64,000 nucleotides of DNA from Chiloscyllium plagiosum (lineage: Eukaryota), in NCBI RefSeq assembly GCF_004010195.1, contig NC_057752.1, forward strand, positions 10,138,247 to 10,202,246, given 5' to 3'. Shown here one piece after another: positions 1 to 11,490 of the stretch (within the stretch, counting starts at the first letter, position 1; each line of letters opens with the position of its first letter). The position numbers were made by a program, and so were the translations under genes. The notes below the pieces were generated by a model. It did no database searches. It saw only the letters and a list, made by a program, of their open reading frames with translations, and had not been told where the DNA came from.

Positions 1-270
1 AACAAGTCCACACCGACCCGCCGAAGCGCAACCCACCCATATCCCTACATTTACCCCTTACCTAACACTACGGGCAATTTAGCATAGCCAATTCACCTGA
101 CCTGCACATCTTTGGACTGTGGGAGGAAACCGGAGCACCCGGAGGAAACCCACGCAGACACGGGGAGAACGTGCAAACTCCACACAGTCAGTCGCCTGAG
201 GCAGGAATTGAACCCGGGTCTACTGGCGCTGTGAGGCAGCAGTGCTAACCACTGTGCCACCGTGCCGCCC
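1..270 (-). mobile_element. HE1-type tRNA-derived V-SINE (runs off the window start)
   Basis: Reverse strand reads gggcggcacggtggcacagtggttagcactgctgcctcacagc (A box) ... gggttcaattcc (B box), then the V-domain tgtgtggagtttgcacgttctccc. Confidence 0.85.
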
Positions 271-274
271 AAAG

Positions 275-1440
275 GTTATTGAGGAAAATAAAAGCTTGTG
301 GTGGGGGCAATATATTGGTGTGGATAGAAATTTGATTGGTTAACAGGAAGCAGAGAGTAGCAATAAAACATTTTTGTTAGGTTGGCAGGATGGCTATGAT
401 AAATTGGGGAATCCTATTAGAAGGGTGATGATTGATAGACAATGGCAAGCATTTAAAGAGTGGATGGAAGAACTGAAACAATTGTTTATTTCTGTCTGGC
501 ATAAAGCAAAACAGGAAAGATGGCCTGACCATGGCTAATGAGGGAAATTTGGGATATTTGATCCAAGGGGCATACAAATTGGACAAATAAAGCAGCAAAC
601 AGTTTAGGTTTCAGCAGAGGACAAAAGGATTGATTTTGAGAGGGGCCAAATAGAGGATGAGAGTAAGCTTGTGATGACATGCATACTGCTTGCAAAAGCT
701 TCAATAGGCATGTGACAAGGAAAACAAAACAGTGAAGACGAATGTAGGTCCCTTTTGGAGTAAGAAACAGCAAGTTTATAGTGAGGAGCAAAGATGGCAG
801 TCTTGGTTCTGTCTTCACAAAGCAGGACACAAATAACACCCCAAAAATGGTGGGGAATTTATTGGACTAAAGGTAGGTAAATCCCCAGGACCCGTGAATC
901 TACATCCCTGAGTATTTGAGGAGGTGATGTGAGAAATAATGGATGCATTGGTGATCATCTTTCAATATTCTTGACTCTGGAGCGGTTCCTATGGATTGGA
1001 GGGTAGCTAATGTAACCCCACTATTTTAAAAAAGAGAGAAACTAAGAAATTATCGACCAGTCAGTCTGACATTGGTCATAGGGCAAAAGCTTCAGTCCAT
1101 TATAAAAGATTTAGTGATACTCCACCTGGAAAACAGTGACAGGATCAGACAAACTCAGCACGGATTTATGAAAGGGAAATCATGCTTGGCAAACTAGTAG
1201 ATTGTTTTGAGATAAACTCATAGAGTTGATGAGGAAGAGCCGGTGGATGTGGGTTTACTTTGACTTTCAAGGCTTTTGATAAGGTCCCACATATGAGACT
1301 AGCATGTAAAATTGGAGTGCAGGGGATTGGGAGTAGTGTACTGACAGAACTGATTGGCAGACAGGAAACAGTACGACTAAATGGGTTTTCTGAGTGACAG
1401 GCAGTAACTTGGACCTAGCTATTCACTATATATTAATGAT
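275..1440 (+). mobile_element. Decayed CR1 LINE ORF2 fragments
   Basis: Recognisable motifs KSPGP, ANVTPLFKK, NYRPVSLT, QHGFMKGKSCL, DF..AFDKVPH with stops and frameshifts. Confidence 0.8.
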
Positions 1441-1444
1441 TTGT

Positions 1445-2740
1445 AGAATCATGCAGTACAAAAGGGGCCCTTTGGCCCATCAAGTCTGTACTGCTAAAAA
1501 TATACCACTACCTACACTAGTCGGCATGGTGGCACAGTGGTTAGCACTGTTGCCTCACAGTGCCAGAGACCTGGGTTCAATTCCTGCCTCAGAGAGACTC
1601 TCTGTGTGGAATTTGCACATTCTCCCTGTGTCTGCATGAGTTTCCTCCGGGAGCTCCGGTTTCCTCCCACAATCCAAAAATATGCAGGTTCGGTGAATTG
1701 GCCATGCTAAATTGTCTGTAGTGTTAGGTGAAGGTGTAAATATAGGGGAATGGTTCTGGGTGGGTTGCGCTTCGGCGGGTCGGTGTGGACTTGTTGGGCC
1801 GAAGGGCCTGTTTCCACGCTGAAAGTAATCTAATCTAATCTAGTCCCAGTTTCCTGCACTAGGCCCGTAGCCTCGAATGTGTTGACACTTCAAGTGCTCA
1901 TCCAAGTATTCTTTAAAAGGTTGTGAGGTTCCCCTCTCAACAACCCTTCCAGGTAGTGCATTCCTGACTTCCACCACCCTGCTGGTGAAAATGTTTTGCC
2001 TCAAATCCTCTCTAAACCTCCTGCTTTTCAGTTTAAAATTATGCCCCTTGTTATGAAGCTTCAACTAAAGGGAACAGTTGCTGTCTAATCCTCCTGTCCG
2101 CGCCCCTCATCATCTTATACAGCTCCAACAGATCGTCCCTCAACCTTCGCTGCTCCAAATTAAATCACCCGAGCTTGTCCAGTCTCTCTCCATCACTGAA
2201 ATGCTCCAGCCCAGGCAGCATCCTGGGGAATCTCCTCTCCACCCCTCCAGTGTAATCACGTCCTTCCGATATTGCGGTGACCAGAACTGCATATAATACT
2301 CCAGCTGTGGCCCAACCAAATTTTTATTTACTGCTCCAACATAACCTCCCTGCTCTCTTAATCTATGCCATAACTAATCAAGGTAAGTTTCATATATGCC
2401 GCTTTAACTACTCTATTCACCTGTCACCTTCAGAGGTCTGCATCACCTCACATTTATCAGGATTAAATATTTTCTGCCACTGATCTGCCTGCTCCATTTA
2501 TATCTTCCCGTATCCTGACACCTTCCTCCTCACTGTCAACCATCTGGCCAATGTCTGTCATCCGCAAACGTACTTATCCCTCCCACTTCTGAATGTCACA
2601 ACCAATAATGGGACCTAGCACTGATACCTGTGAGACATCACCAGGCTCCAGTCACACAAACAGCCTTCTGCTACCACCCTCTCGCCTATCATGAAGCTAA
2701 TTTTGGATCCATCTTGCCAGGTTACACTGGGTCCCATGAG
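1445..2740 (-). mobile_element. CR1 LINE 3' portion, interrupted by a SINE
   Basis: Minus-strand ORF 1840-2064 (FTSRVVEVRNALPGRVVE...GYGPSAGNWD) is the CR1 ORF2 C-terminus/3' tail. Confidence 0.8.
1523..1839 (+). mobile_element. HE1-type V-SINE
   Basis: tRNA-like head, V-domain, (TAATC)n tail; flanked by the direct repeat ctagtc (1517-1522 / 1840-1845). Confidence 0.9.
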
Positions 2741-2743
2741 CTT

Positions 2744-3210
2744 GATCCCATGATCCACTGCCAAGCCCCAACCATCCAATGCCTGGAGGAAGAATGCCTC
2801 ATTGTCTGCCTTGGGAATGTCCAACCCCATAGCATCAGTGTGTATTTCACCAGTTTCCTCATTTTCCCCTCCCCCCACCTTATCCCAGATCCAACCTTCC
2901 AACTCCGCAACGTCCTCATGACCTATCCTACCTGTTCACCTTCCTTCCCACCCTTGTCTCCGACCTATCACCTTCACCCTTAAAGTCATCTACTTATCCT
3001 TCATCTACCTATCACATTCCCAGCTACCTTCCCCTCAGCATCCTCCCCCATTTATCTCTCAGCCCCCTTGGGCCATCCCTTCATTCCTGATGAAGAGCTT
3101 ATGCTCAAACATTGATTCTCCTGCTCCTTTGACGCTGCTTTACCGGCTGTGCTTTTCCAGCACCACACTAATCAACTCTGATCTCCAGCATCTGCAGTCC
3201 TCACTTTCTC
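2744..3210 (+). mobile_element. Penelope-like element 3' fragment (GIY-YIG C-terminus and pLTR with decayed hammerhead at 3087)
   Basis: LEEECLIVCLGNVQPHSI motif; pLTR end shared with 20952-21126 and 54270-54369; probable TSD cccatgagctt (2733-2743) / cccatgaactt (3211-3221). Confidence 0.75.
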
Positions 3211-3224
3211 CCCATGAACTTTTT

Positions 3225-4505
3225 ACAGAGGAGGGAGTGCTGGATATCTGGAAATGCATAAAAGTGGATAAATCCCCAGGACCTGATCAGGTGTACTCTT
3301 GAACTCTGTGGGAAGCTAGGGAAGTGATTGCTGGGCCTCTTGCTGAGATATTTGCATCATTGATAGTCACAGGTGAGGTGCTGGAAGACTGGAAGTTGGC
3401 TAACGTGGTGCCACTGTTTAAGAAAGGTGGTAAGGACAAGCCAGGGAACTATAGACCGGTCAGCCTGATGTCACTGGTGGGCAAGTTGTTGGAGGGAATC
3501 CTGAGGGACAGGATGTACCTGTATTTTGAAAGGCAAGGACTGATTAGGGATGGTCAACATGGCTTTGTGCGTGGGAAATCATGTCTCACAAACTTGATTA
3601 TGTTTTTTGAAGAAGTAACAAGGAGGATTGATGAGGGCAGAGTGGTAGACGTGACCTATGTGGACTTCAGTAAGGTGTTTGACAAGGTTCCCCATGGGAG
3701 ACTGGTTAGCAAGGTTAGATCTCATGGAATACAGGGAGAGACAGATGGAGTTTGATTTTGATAAATGCGAGGTGCTGCATTTTGGGAAAGCAAATTTTAG
3801 CAGGACTTATACGCTTAATGGTAAGGTCCTCGGGTGTGTTGCTGAACAAAGAGACCTTGGAGTGCAGGTTCATAGCTCCTTGAAAGTGGAGTCGCAAATA
3901 GATAGGATAGTGAAGAAGGCATTTGGTATGCTTTCCTTTTATTGGTCAGAGTATTGAGTACAGGACATTGGTTAGGCCACTGTTGGAATATTGCGTGTAG
4001 TTCTGGTCTTCCTATCAGAAGGATGTTTTGAAACTTGTAAATCTTTTCTGAATCCTTTCAAGGATGTTGCCAGGGTTGGAGGGTTTGAGCTATAGGGAGA
4101 GGTTGAATAGGCTGAGGCTGTTTTCCCTGGAGCGTTGGATGCTGAGGGGTGACCTTATGGAGGTTTATAAAATCATGAGGGGCATGGATAGGGTAAATAG
4201 ACAAGGTCTTTTCCTGGGGGAGTCCAGAACTAGAGGGCATAGGTTTAGGGTGAGAGGGTAAAAATATAAAAGAGACCTGAGGGGCAACTTGTTCACACAG
4301 AGGGTGGTATGTATATGGAATGAGCTGCCAGAGGAAGTGATGGAGGCTGGTACAATTGCAACATTTAAAAGGCATTTGGATGGGTATATGAATAGGAAGG
4401 GTTTGGAGGGTTATGGGCCAGGTTCTGGCTGGTGGGACTAGATCGGGTTGGGATATCTGGTTGGACCAAAGGGTCTGTTTCCGAGTACGTCTCTACGATT
4501 CTATA
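3225..4505 (+). mobile_element. CR1 LINE with internal deletions (RT and 3' end)
   Basis: ORFs 3324-3755, 3658-3957 and 4064-4261 are CR1 RT and C-terminal peptides; ends in tctctacgattct. Confidence 0.9.
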
Positions 4506-4554
4506 ATTTCCCATTTGGGACCTTGTGAAGGCCTTGCTGAAATCCATGTAAACT

Positions 4555-4646
4555 GGATGTAGGTTTGCTCGCTGAGCTGGAAGGATCTAGCAAACCTACA
4601 TCCAGAACCGAACCTGAGCTACGAATCTTCTCAAAATTCGCTATTT
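4555..4646. mobile_element. Miniature Penelope pLTR remnant with inverted 5' segment
   Basis: tggatgtaggtttgct...agcaaacctacatcca inverted repeat; same sequence as the termini of 28633-29727; flanked by atgtaaact (4546-4554 / 4647-4655). Confidence 0.75.
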
Positions 4647-5598
4647 ATGTAAACTATGTCAACTGCCCTACCCTTATTTCAATAAGGCAATGAAATATCA
4701 CCAAGTTTGCATATGAAATGAAGCTTGGTGGGGAGGGTGAACTGTGAGGAGGATGCAGGGATGCTTCACTGTGTGGTGGACAATTTAAGTGAGTGGCAAA
4801 CACATGGCAGTATAATGGGGATAAATATGATGTTATCCACTTTGGTACCAAAAAGAGGAAAGAATATGTGAATGGTGATAGATTGGGTAGGGGGAAGGTG
4901 CAATAAGACCTGGGAGTCGTTGTACACCAATTGCTGAAAGTTAGCGTGCTGGTGCAGCCATTGGAGAGAAGGCAAAAGTATGTTGACCATCATAGTGAAA
5001 GGAATTGACTACATGAGTAAGGATGTTTTGTACAGTGCCTTGGTGAGACCACACGTGAAGTATTGTGTGCAGTTTTGGTCACCTTACCTGAGGAAGGGTA
5101 TTCCGGCTGTGGACGGAATCAAACAAAGTTGACCAGATTTATTGCCAGGACTGACGTATAAGGAGAGACTGAATCAGCTTGTCAATATTCATTGGAGTTT
5201 AGAAGAATTTGGGTGGAGGGGGTGAGAGATGTTGAAGAAACTTAAAATTCTAACAGGTTTAGACAGGGTAAACATAAAAAACAATGTTCCCAATGACCGG
5301 GGATTCCAGAACCAGGGTTCATAATCTAAGGATGCGGGGTAACGCCTTTAGGACTGAAAAGGGAAATTTCTTCATTCAGAGTGCTGAGCCTATGGAATTC
5401 TCTGCCACAGGAAACTGTTGAGTCCAAAACATAGTAGACTTTTCAAGACAGAAGGAGATATGGTTCTTTGTCGTAAAGGGATCAAAAGTGAAGTAATTTC
5501 ACAGAGAACCGGTATCCCATCACCAAGTCACCCTTCTACTTACATAGGTAGTGACCAGGCAATCCCTACACTGAGGAGACCTTCTGAAACTCCTGTTT

Positions 5599-7181
5599 GT
5601 TTTCTTCATCTTTTTCTACAGTGAAGGGGAGGGTAGGGATAGACTCCTGCCTATTTTTTTTCTTTTTTTTGACAGCAGTAGTGCTTATTTTTCCCCAGCA
5701 CCCATGTCGTGTGTGTGCAGGTGTAGGATACAGTGAAGAACAACAAGTGCATAAATCTTTATTTATATTCCACCACCAGGAAGAAAGGAAATACCCGAGT
5801 GACCAGTGACAAGCAGTCAAGATTAGTGTTGTGCTGGAAAAGCACACCAGGTCAGGCAGCATCCGAGGAGCAGGAAAATCGACGTTTTGGGCAAAAGCCC
5901 TTCATCTGTGTGGAGTTTGCACATTCTCCCTGTGTCTGTGTGGGTTTCCTCTGGGTGCTCCAATTTCCTCCCACAATCCAAAGATGTGCAGGCAAGGTGA
6001 ATTGGCCATGTTAAATTGCCCGTAGTGTTAGATGCATCAATCAGAGGGAAAATGGGTCTGGGCGGGTTACTCTTCGGTGGGTCGATGTGGACTGGTTGGG
6101 CTGAAGGGCCTGTTTCCACGCTGTAGGGAATCTAATCTAATCTAATCAGGAATGAGGCTTTCTCAGAGAGTAAGAGACTCCTGTTTATTTTTTTTTCTCT
6201 TTTTTTTCTTCTTTTTTTTCCCACACTACTGCCTAACCGCGGTAGTGCTTATTTTATCCCCAGCACCCATGTTGTGTGTAAGCAGGTGTGAGACACAGTG
6301 AAAGACACAAAGTGCACGAATCTTTATTCAATTTCCACCACCAGGAAGATAGGAAAACACCCGGGTGGCCAGTGACAAACACTGCCCTTCACATCAAAGG
6401 GCAGTGCTGTGTGATCAAAACAGTGAGGGGGAGGGTAGGGACTAAATCAAAATAGAGTTGGAGGGAGAAATAATGCACTCCACTCCCTGCGGCGCCCACC
6501 TCTCCCTGAACAACTCCAGGGTGTTGGTGGACACCGTGTGCTCCTTCTCCAAGGACACCCGGGAGACTCCTGTTTATTTTTTTTTATTTTAACCCCCACA
6601 CTACCACCTAACTGTGGTAGTGCTTATTTTTGCCCCAGTACCCATGGTGTGTGTGTGCAGGTGTGAGACACAGTGAGAGACACAAAGTGCACAAATCTTT
6701 ATTCAAATTCCACCACCAGGAAGATAGGAAAACACCCGGGTGGCCAGTGACAAACACTGCCCTTCACATCAAAGGGCAGTGCTGTGTGATCAAAACAGTG
6801 AGAGGGAGGGTAGGGACTAAATCAAAATAGAGTTGGAGGGGAGAGACTCCTGTTTATTTTTTTTAGCCCTATTTCTTTTTTTATTTTGTTTTTTTTTCCC
6901 TTTTTTTCTTTTTTTTTCTTTTTTTTAATTTAACCCCCACACTGCCACCTAAGTGCGGTAGTGCTTATTTTTTCCCCCCAGCACCCATGGTTTGTGTCGG
7001 TTTGAGACACAGTGAAAGACACAGAGTGCACGAATCTTTATTCAATTTCCACCACCAGGAGGATAGGAAAACACCCGGGTGGCCAGTGACAAACACTGCC
7101 CTTCACATCAAAGGACAGTGCTGTGTGATCAAAACAGTGAGGGGGAGGGTAGGGACTAAATCAAAATAGAGTTGGAGGGGA
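5599..7181 (-). mobile_element. Tandem stack of five 5'-truncated Tx1-clade non-LTR retrotransposon 3' ends
   Basis: Each copy starts (on +) with poly-T and is bounded by gagactcctgttta-like repeats at 5586, 5640, 6174, 6563, 6843 and 7182. The longest copy (6188-6562) encodes RVSLEKEHTVSTNTLELFRERWAPQGVECIISPSNSILI* on the minus strand, resembling a Tx1 ORF2 C-terminus. Confidence 0.75.
5815..6160 (-). mobile_element. Penelope pLTR fragment containing a nested 5'-truncated HE1 SINE (5907-6147, +)
   Basis: gctggaaaagcacaccaggtcaggcagcatcc...gcccttcatc [SINE] aggaatgagg is the reverse complement of the pLTR at 54270-54369. Confidence 0.85.
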
Positions 7182-7190
7182 GAGACTCCT

Positions 7191-7224
7191 GTTTATATCT
7201 ATCAGCCAGGGCTCCCTGATTGGG
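7191..7224 (-). promoter_or_regulatory. CCAAT box and TATA box of the solo LTR
   Basis: Minus strand reads cccaatcagggagccctggctgatagatataaac. Confidence 0.55.
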
Positions 7225-7374
7225 CCAAGTTAACAGCCGAATCAAGGATCTTATAGTCAATGAGATCCCTCGTTCTAATCACTCCAAAAGGCTATGGGGA
7301 GAAAGCAGGAGTTGGTGGAACATGCTTGAAGAGCTGAATGGCTGACTCCTGTTTCAGTTTGGTATGTTTCTATA

Positions 7375-7975
7375 TATTGGAGCAGTTAAGAGAAGATTCA
7401 CTACATTCATACAGAGATGAAAGGCTTGCCTTATGAAAACAGATTTTGCAGCTTCGGACTGTACTCACTCGAATTTAGAATGATGAGACAATGTGATTGA
7501 GGTATTTAAGATGTTAAAGTGGATTGACAAGACGCTGAGCGAATGTTTCCCCTTGTAGAGCAATCTGGAATGAAAGGTCACAATTTCAGCCTAAGAGGCA
7601 GTAGATTTAAAACCAAGATGAGGAGGAATTAGTTGTAGAGTCATACAGCATGGAAACATCCTTCGGTCCAACTAGTCCACGTCGACTGTGTTCACAAACC
7701 AGACTAGTCCCACTTACCTCTGTTTGGCCCATATCCCTTCACTGTCCTCTCAAAGAGTTGTGAATCTGTGGCATTCACTATGTCAGTGTGGTGGACACCA
7801 GGCCACTGAATAAATTTGGGGAGATAGCCCTTTAAACTATTACTAATTAACCATCTCTGTGAAGCATGCAGAAAAGTAGCGTTGAGGCTGAGCTGAGATC
7901 AGCCAGGATCGTATTAAATGGTGGAGCAGACTCGAATGGCTGCACTGTCTGTTCCTACTCCTAATTCTTATGTCA
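7375..7975 (+). mobile_element. Old CR1 LINE 3' end with a short minus-strand CR1 tail inside (~7635-7740)
   Basis: agaagattcact...gactgtactcactcgaatttagaa...gagttgtgaatctgtgg...cctactcctaattcttatg CR1 pattern. Confidence 0.7.
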
Positions 7976-7989
7976 TGAGTGGTGTACCA

Positions 7990-10885
7990 CAGGTTCAGTT
8001 CTAAATGCTTTGCTATTACGTCCTTTATAATACACTCTCTCATTTTCCTCATAACAGATGCTAAACTTAACTGGCCTATAGTTACCTGCTTTTTGTTTTT
8101 GTCTACTTCCCTTTTTAAGTAAATGTGTTATATTTGTTATATTTGAAATGTGAAGGCTGAGAGAGGATCTAATTGAGCAGATTGAGATCTGCTGATGGGT
8201 GAGTCCCGAACCAGAGGACACAGTTTAAAAATAAGGGGTAGGCCACTTAGAACAGAGTTGAGGAGCAACGTCTTCACCCAGAGAGTGGTGGGTGTATGGA
8301 GTGCTCTGCCCCAGAAGGCAGTGGAAGCCTAGTCTCTGGATTCGTTTAAGAAAGAGTTGGATAGAGCTCTTAAGCATAGTGGAATCAAGGGTTATGGGGA
8401 TAAGGCAGGAACAGGATACTGATTGAGGATGATCAGCCATGATCATAATGAATGGTGGTGCTGGCTCGAAGGGCAGAATGGCCTACTCCTGCACCTATTG
8501 TCAATTGTCTATTGGCAGTTTTCCAGTCCTGACTTTTCTGGAATCTGAGGATTCTTGGGAGATTATTGCCAGTGCATCCACTATCTTGGTAACTGCTAGT
8601 TTTAATATCCTAAGGTTCGGGTTTTAGCTCTGTTAGTTTCCCTTGCACCTTTTTCTCTCTCATGATAGTTATTGTATTTATTTCCTTACTACCTTTTGCC
8701 CTTTGATTATTTAGTATTTTGGGATGCTGTTAGTGTCTTCTATTGTGAAGACTGATGCATAGTATTTGTTTAACTCCTCTGCTATTTCCTAGTTCCTCAC
8801 TAATATGTCCCCAGCCTCATTCTCTCTGTCTCTCTTCATATTTATATGTTTTACAGAAGCTCTTACCCTCCCTCTTGATATTACTTTCAAGTCTCTCCTC
8901 AATTTATCTTCCTTTTTTTCAAAAGTCATCTTTTGTTGGTTTTTAAAACTTCCCCAAACTTCTGGTTTTCTGCTAATATTTACCACATTGTGTGTTTTCT
9001 TTCAATTTGATGCTATCCTTAACTTGCCTGGTTAACAATGATTGGTTTAACTCCTTCCTAGAATCCTTCCTTCTCACTGTGATAAATCTTTGTGTGCTGT
9101 GAACTAATTTCTTAAACATCTACCATTGTCCCTCAACCGTCTCTGCTGCTAAACTCCTTTTCCAGTCCACTCCAGCCAGCTCTGTCCTCATGCCTTTATA
9201 ATTACCCTTATTTAAGCTTAGCACAGTTGTTTCCAACTCTGGTTTGTCCCTCTCAAACTGCATTTTTAAAAATTCATTCTTGGGACCTGAGTATTGCTAG
9301 CTGGGCAGCATTTATTACCTGTCCCTATTTGCCCTTGAGAAGGTGGTGGTGGGCTAAATTAGATTAGATTAGATTAGATTCCCTACAGTGTGGAAATAGG
9401 CCCTTTGGCCCAACCAGTCCACACCGACCCTCCGAAGAGCAACCCAACCAGACCCATTTCCCTCTGACTAATGCAGCTAACACTATGGACAATTTAGCAT
9501 GGCCAATTCACCTGACCTGCACATCTTTGGACTGTGGGAGGAAACTGGAGCACTCGGAGGAAACCCACGCAGACACCATAATGATAAGAGAGATGATGAG
9601 TGGATGGAAGGCAGAACAAGGAGGGGGGGAGGGGGGGGAGAATGTGCAAACTCCACACAGACAATCACCCGAGGCTGGAATCGAACCTGGGACCCTGGTG
9701 CTGTGAGGCAGCAGTGCTAACCACTGCACCACCGTGCTGCCCCTTTTGATTCTTGAACCACTGCAGTCCAAGTGTTGTAGGTTGACCCACAATGCCATTA
9801 GGTAAGGGATTCTAGGATTTTGACCCAGCAACAGTGAAGGAAAGGCGATATATTTCTGAGTCGGGATGTGAGTAGTTTGGAGGGGAACTTGCAGTGGCTG
9901 GTGTTCCCATGTATCTGCTGTCCTTGTCCTTCTAGCTGGTAGTAGTTGAGGGTATGGAAGATGCTGTCTAAGGAGCTTTGGTGAATTTTCTGCAATGCCT
10001 CTTGTAGATCATACACACTGCTTCTACCAAGCGTCGGTGGTGGAGGGAATGGACGTTGGATGTAGTGCCAATCGAATGAGCTACTTTTGTTCTGGAATGT
10101 GAAATTTTACCATGTTATGGGCACTGTTCCCTAGGCATCTTTACACTACCATCATTTCTTAAACCTGCCTCATTACACATCGCCAGATCTAAAATAGTCT
10201 GATCCCTGGTTGGTTCCACCACATATTGTTTTAGGAAACTGTTCCAAATACATTCTATGAATTCTTCCCTGTGGCTACCTCTGCTGATCTGACTATCCCA
10301 ATCTACATGAGGATTAAAATCACTCATAATCTGCCTTTGTTACATGCCCACATTATCTCCTGATTTATTCTCAATTCCACCATATAGCCATTGTTAGAGT
10401 GGGGCCTATGGGCTACTCCTACCGGTGTTGTCTTTCCCTTTTTCTTTCTTACCTCCACCCATAAGGATTCGAGAGCTTCCAATCTTGCTATCATTCTTAT
10501 TCCATTTTATACCAGCAATGCTACCCCACCACCCTTTCTTTCCTGCCTTCAGAAAGTCACAGAACCCTGAAAATGTAGTTCCTAGCTTTGATCTCTTCTG
10601 CTGTTAATTCATTTGTTATTCTGCATACTACATGCATTTAAATAGTGCCACTAATTTTGTCTTTTAACCATTTTTCCCATTGTGACCTTATTTGCTGCTG
10701 TTGTCCCTTCCTACCCCACCCTGGTTATCCAAGCAGCCACCTTGAAATGCTGCCATATCCTTTACCTTTTTGTACTACATTCTCCTGAGCCTGGACTGTT
10801 GGAACTTTCCTGAGCTAGCATTCAGTGCTATTCATCCTGTGTTTGTACATCTGCATTGCTTTACTAGCTGACCTCGCCATCTAAA
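7990..10885 (-). mobile_element. Decayed CR1 LINE ORF2 (endonuclease to RT) with nested elements
   Basis: Minus-strand peptides DFNPHVDW..EFIECIWNSFLKQYVVEPTRDQTILDL (endonuclease) and AGNYRPV. Nested + CR1 tail 8150-8510, second-family LINE tail 9275-10100 and a SINE. Confidence 0.75.
9358..9742 (-). mobile_element. HE1-type V-SINE carrying a 64-bp foreign insert (9575-9638)
   Basis: (GATTA)n tail at left, head ...ccactgcaccaccgtgctgccc at right. Confidence 0.9.
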
Positions 10886-10964
10886 CCCCCCCCTCCCCCC
10901 CCTCCTTGTTCTGCCTTCCATCCACTCATCATCTCTCTTATCATTATGGTATGGGCAATTGTCA

Positions 10965-11490
10965 CTTTGACTATTTTTATTCTTTCCTGGGATGTGAATA
11001 TTGAACAAAACCACCTTTGTTCCCCAACCCTGATTGCCCGAGTGAAGATAGTGAACTGTATTCTTGAAGTGCTGTAATCCGTCTGATATAAGCAGACTCA
11101 CAAAGTCATTAGGGCAGGAGTTCCAGGATTTTGACTCAGTGACACTGAAGGAACAGGAATATATTTCTAAATCAGGGTGGAGAGTAGTTCGGAGGGGCAC
11201 TAGTAGGTGGTGCCCTGTCCTTCTAGGTGGCCATGGCCATGGGTTTGGAAGGTGCACTTGGAGGAGCTTTGGCGATTTGCTGTCGTGCATCTTGTAGATT
11301 TTGCGCACTGCTGCCACTCTTCGTCACTAATGCAGGGAGTGAATATTGAAGGCAATGGATAAAACGCTTATCAACTAGATTGCTTTATCCTGGATCCTGT
11401 TAAACTTACATGTTGGGACTGCACCAGTCTGGTCAGTTGGGGCATATTCCGTCACAGTCCTACTTCATGCCTCAATAGATAGTCACATAA
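10965..11490 (-). mobile_element. 3' end of a second jockey-group (CR1/L2-superclade) LINE family
   Basis: Reverse complement of the tail seen at 36770-37000 and 38321-38590 (aaatcctggaactc, aagaaggacagggca). Confidence 0.65.

Larger units (their letters stand above)
5489..7286 (-). mobile_element. Solo LTR (~200 bp once insertions are removed; 5489-5598 and 7182-7286), Gypsy/ERV-like
   Basis: TG...CA termini, 4-bp TSD aaag (5485-5488 / 7287-7290), imperfect terminal inverted repeats tgaagtaatt / tggagtgatt. The minus strand carries CCAATC then GATATAAA. Confidence 0.75.
4690..7370 (+). mobile_element. CR1 LINE 3' portion split by the solo-LTR composite at 5489-7286
   Basis: Removing 5489-7290 restores CR1 tail text aaagggatcaaaag-gctatggggagaaagcagga. 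Confidence 0.8.

Noticed and set aside
1523..1610. tRNA genes (also 190-270, 21372-21450, 36477-36520, 57007-57075)
   Set aside because: A/B boxes run straight into SINE bodies, with no complete cloverleaf.
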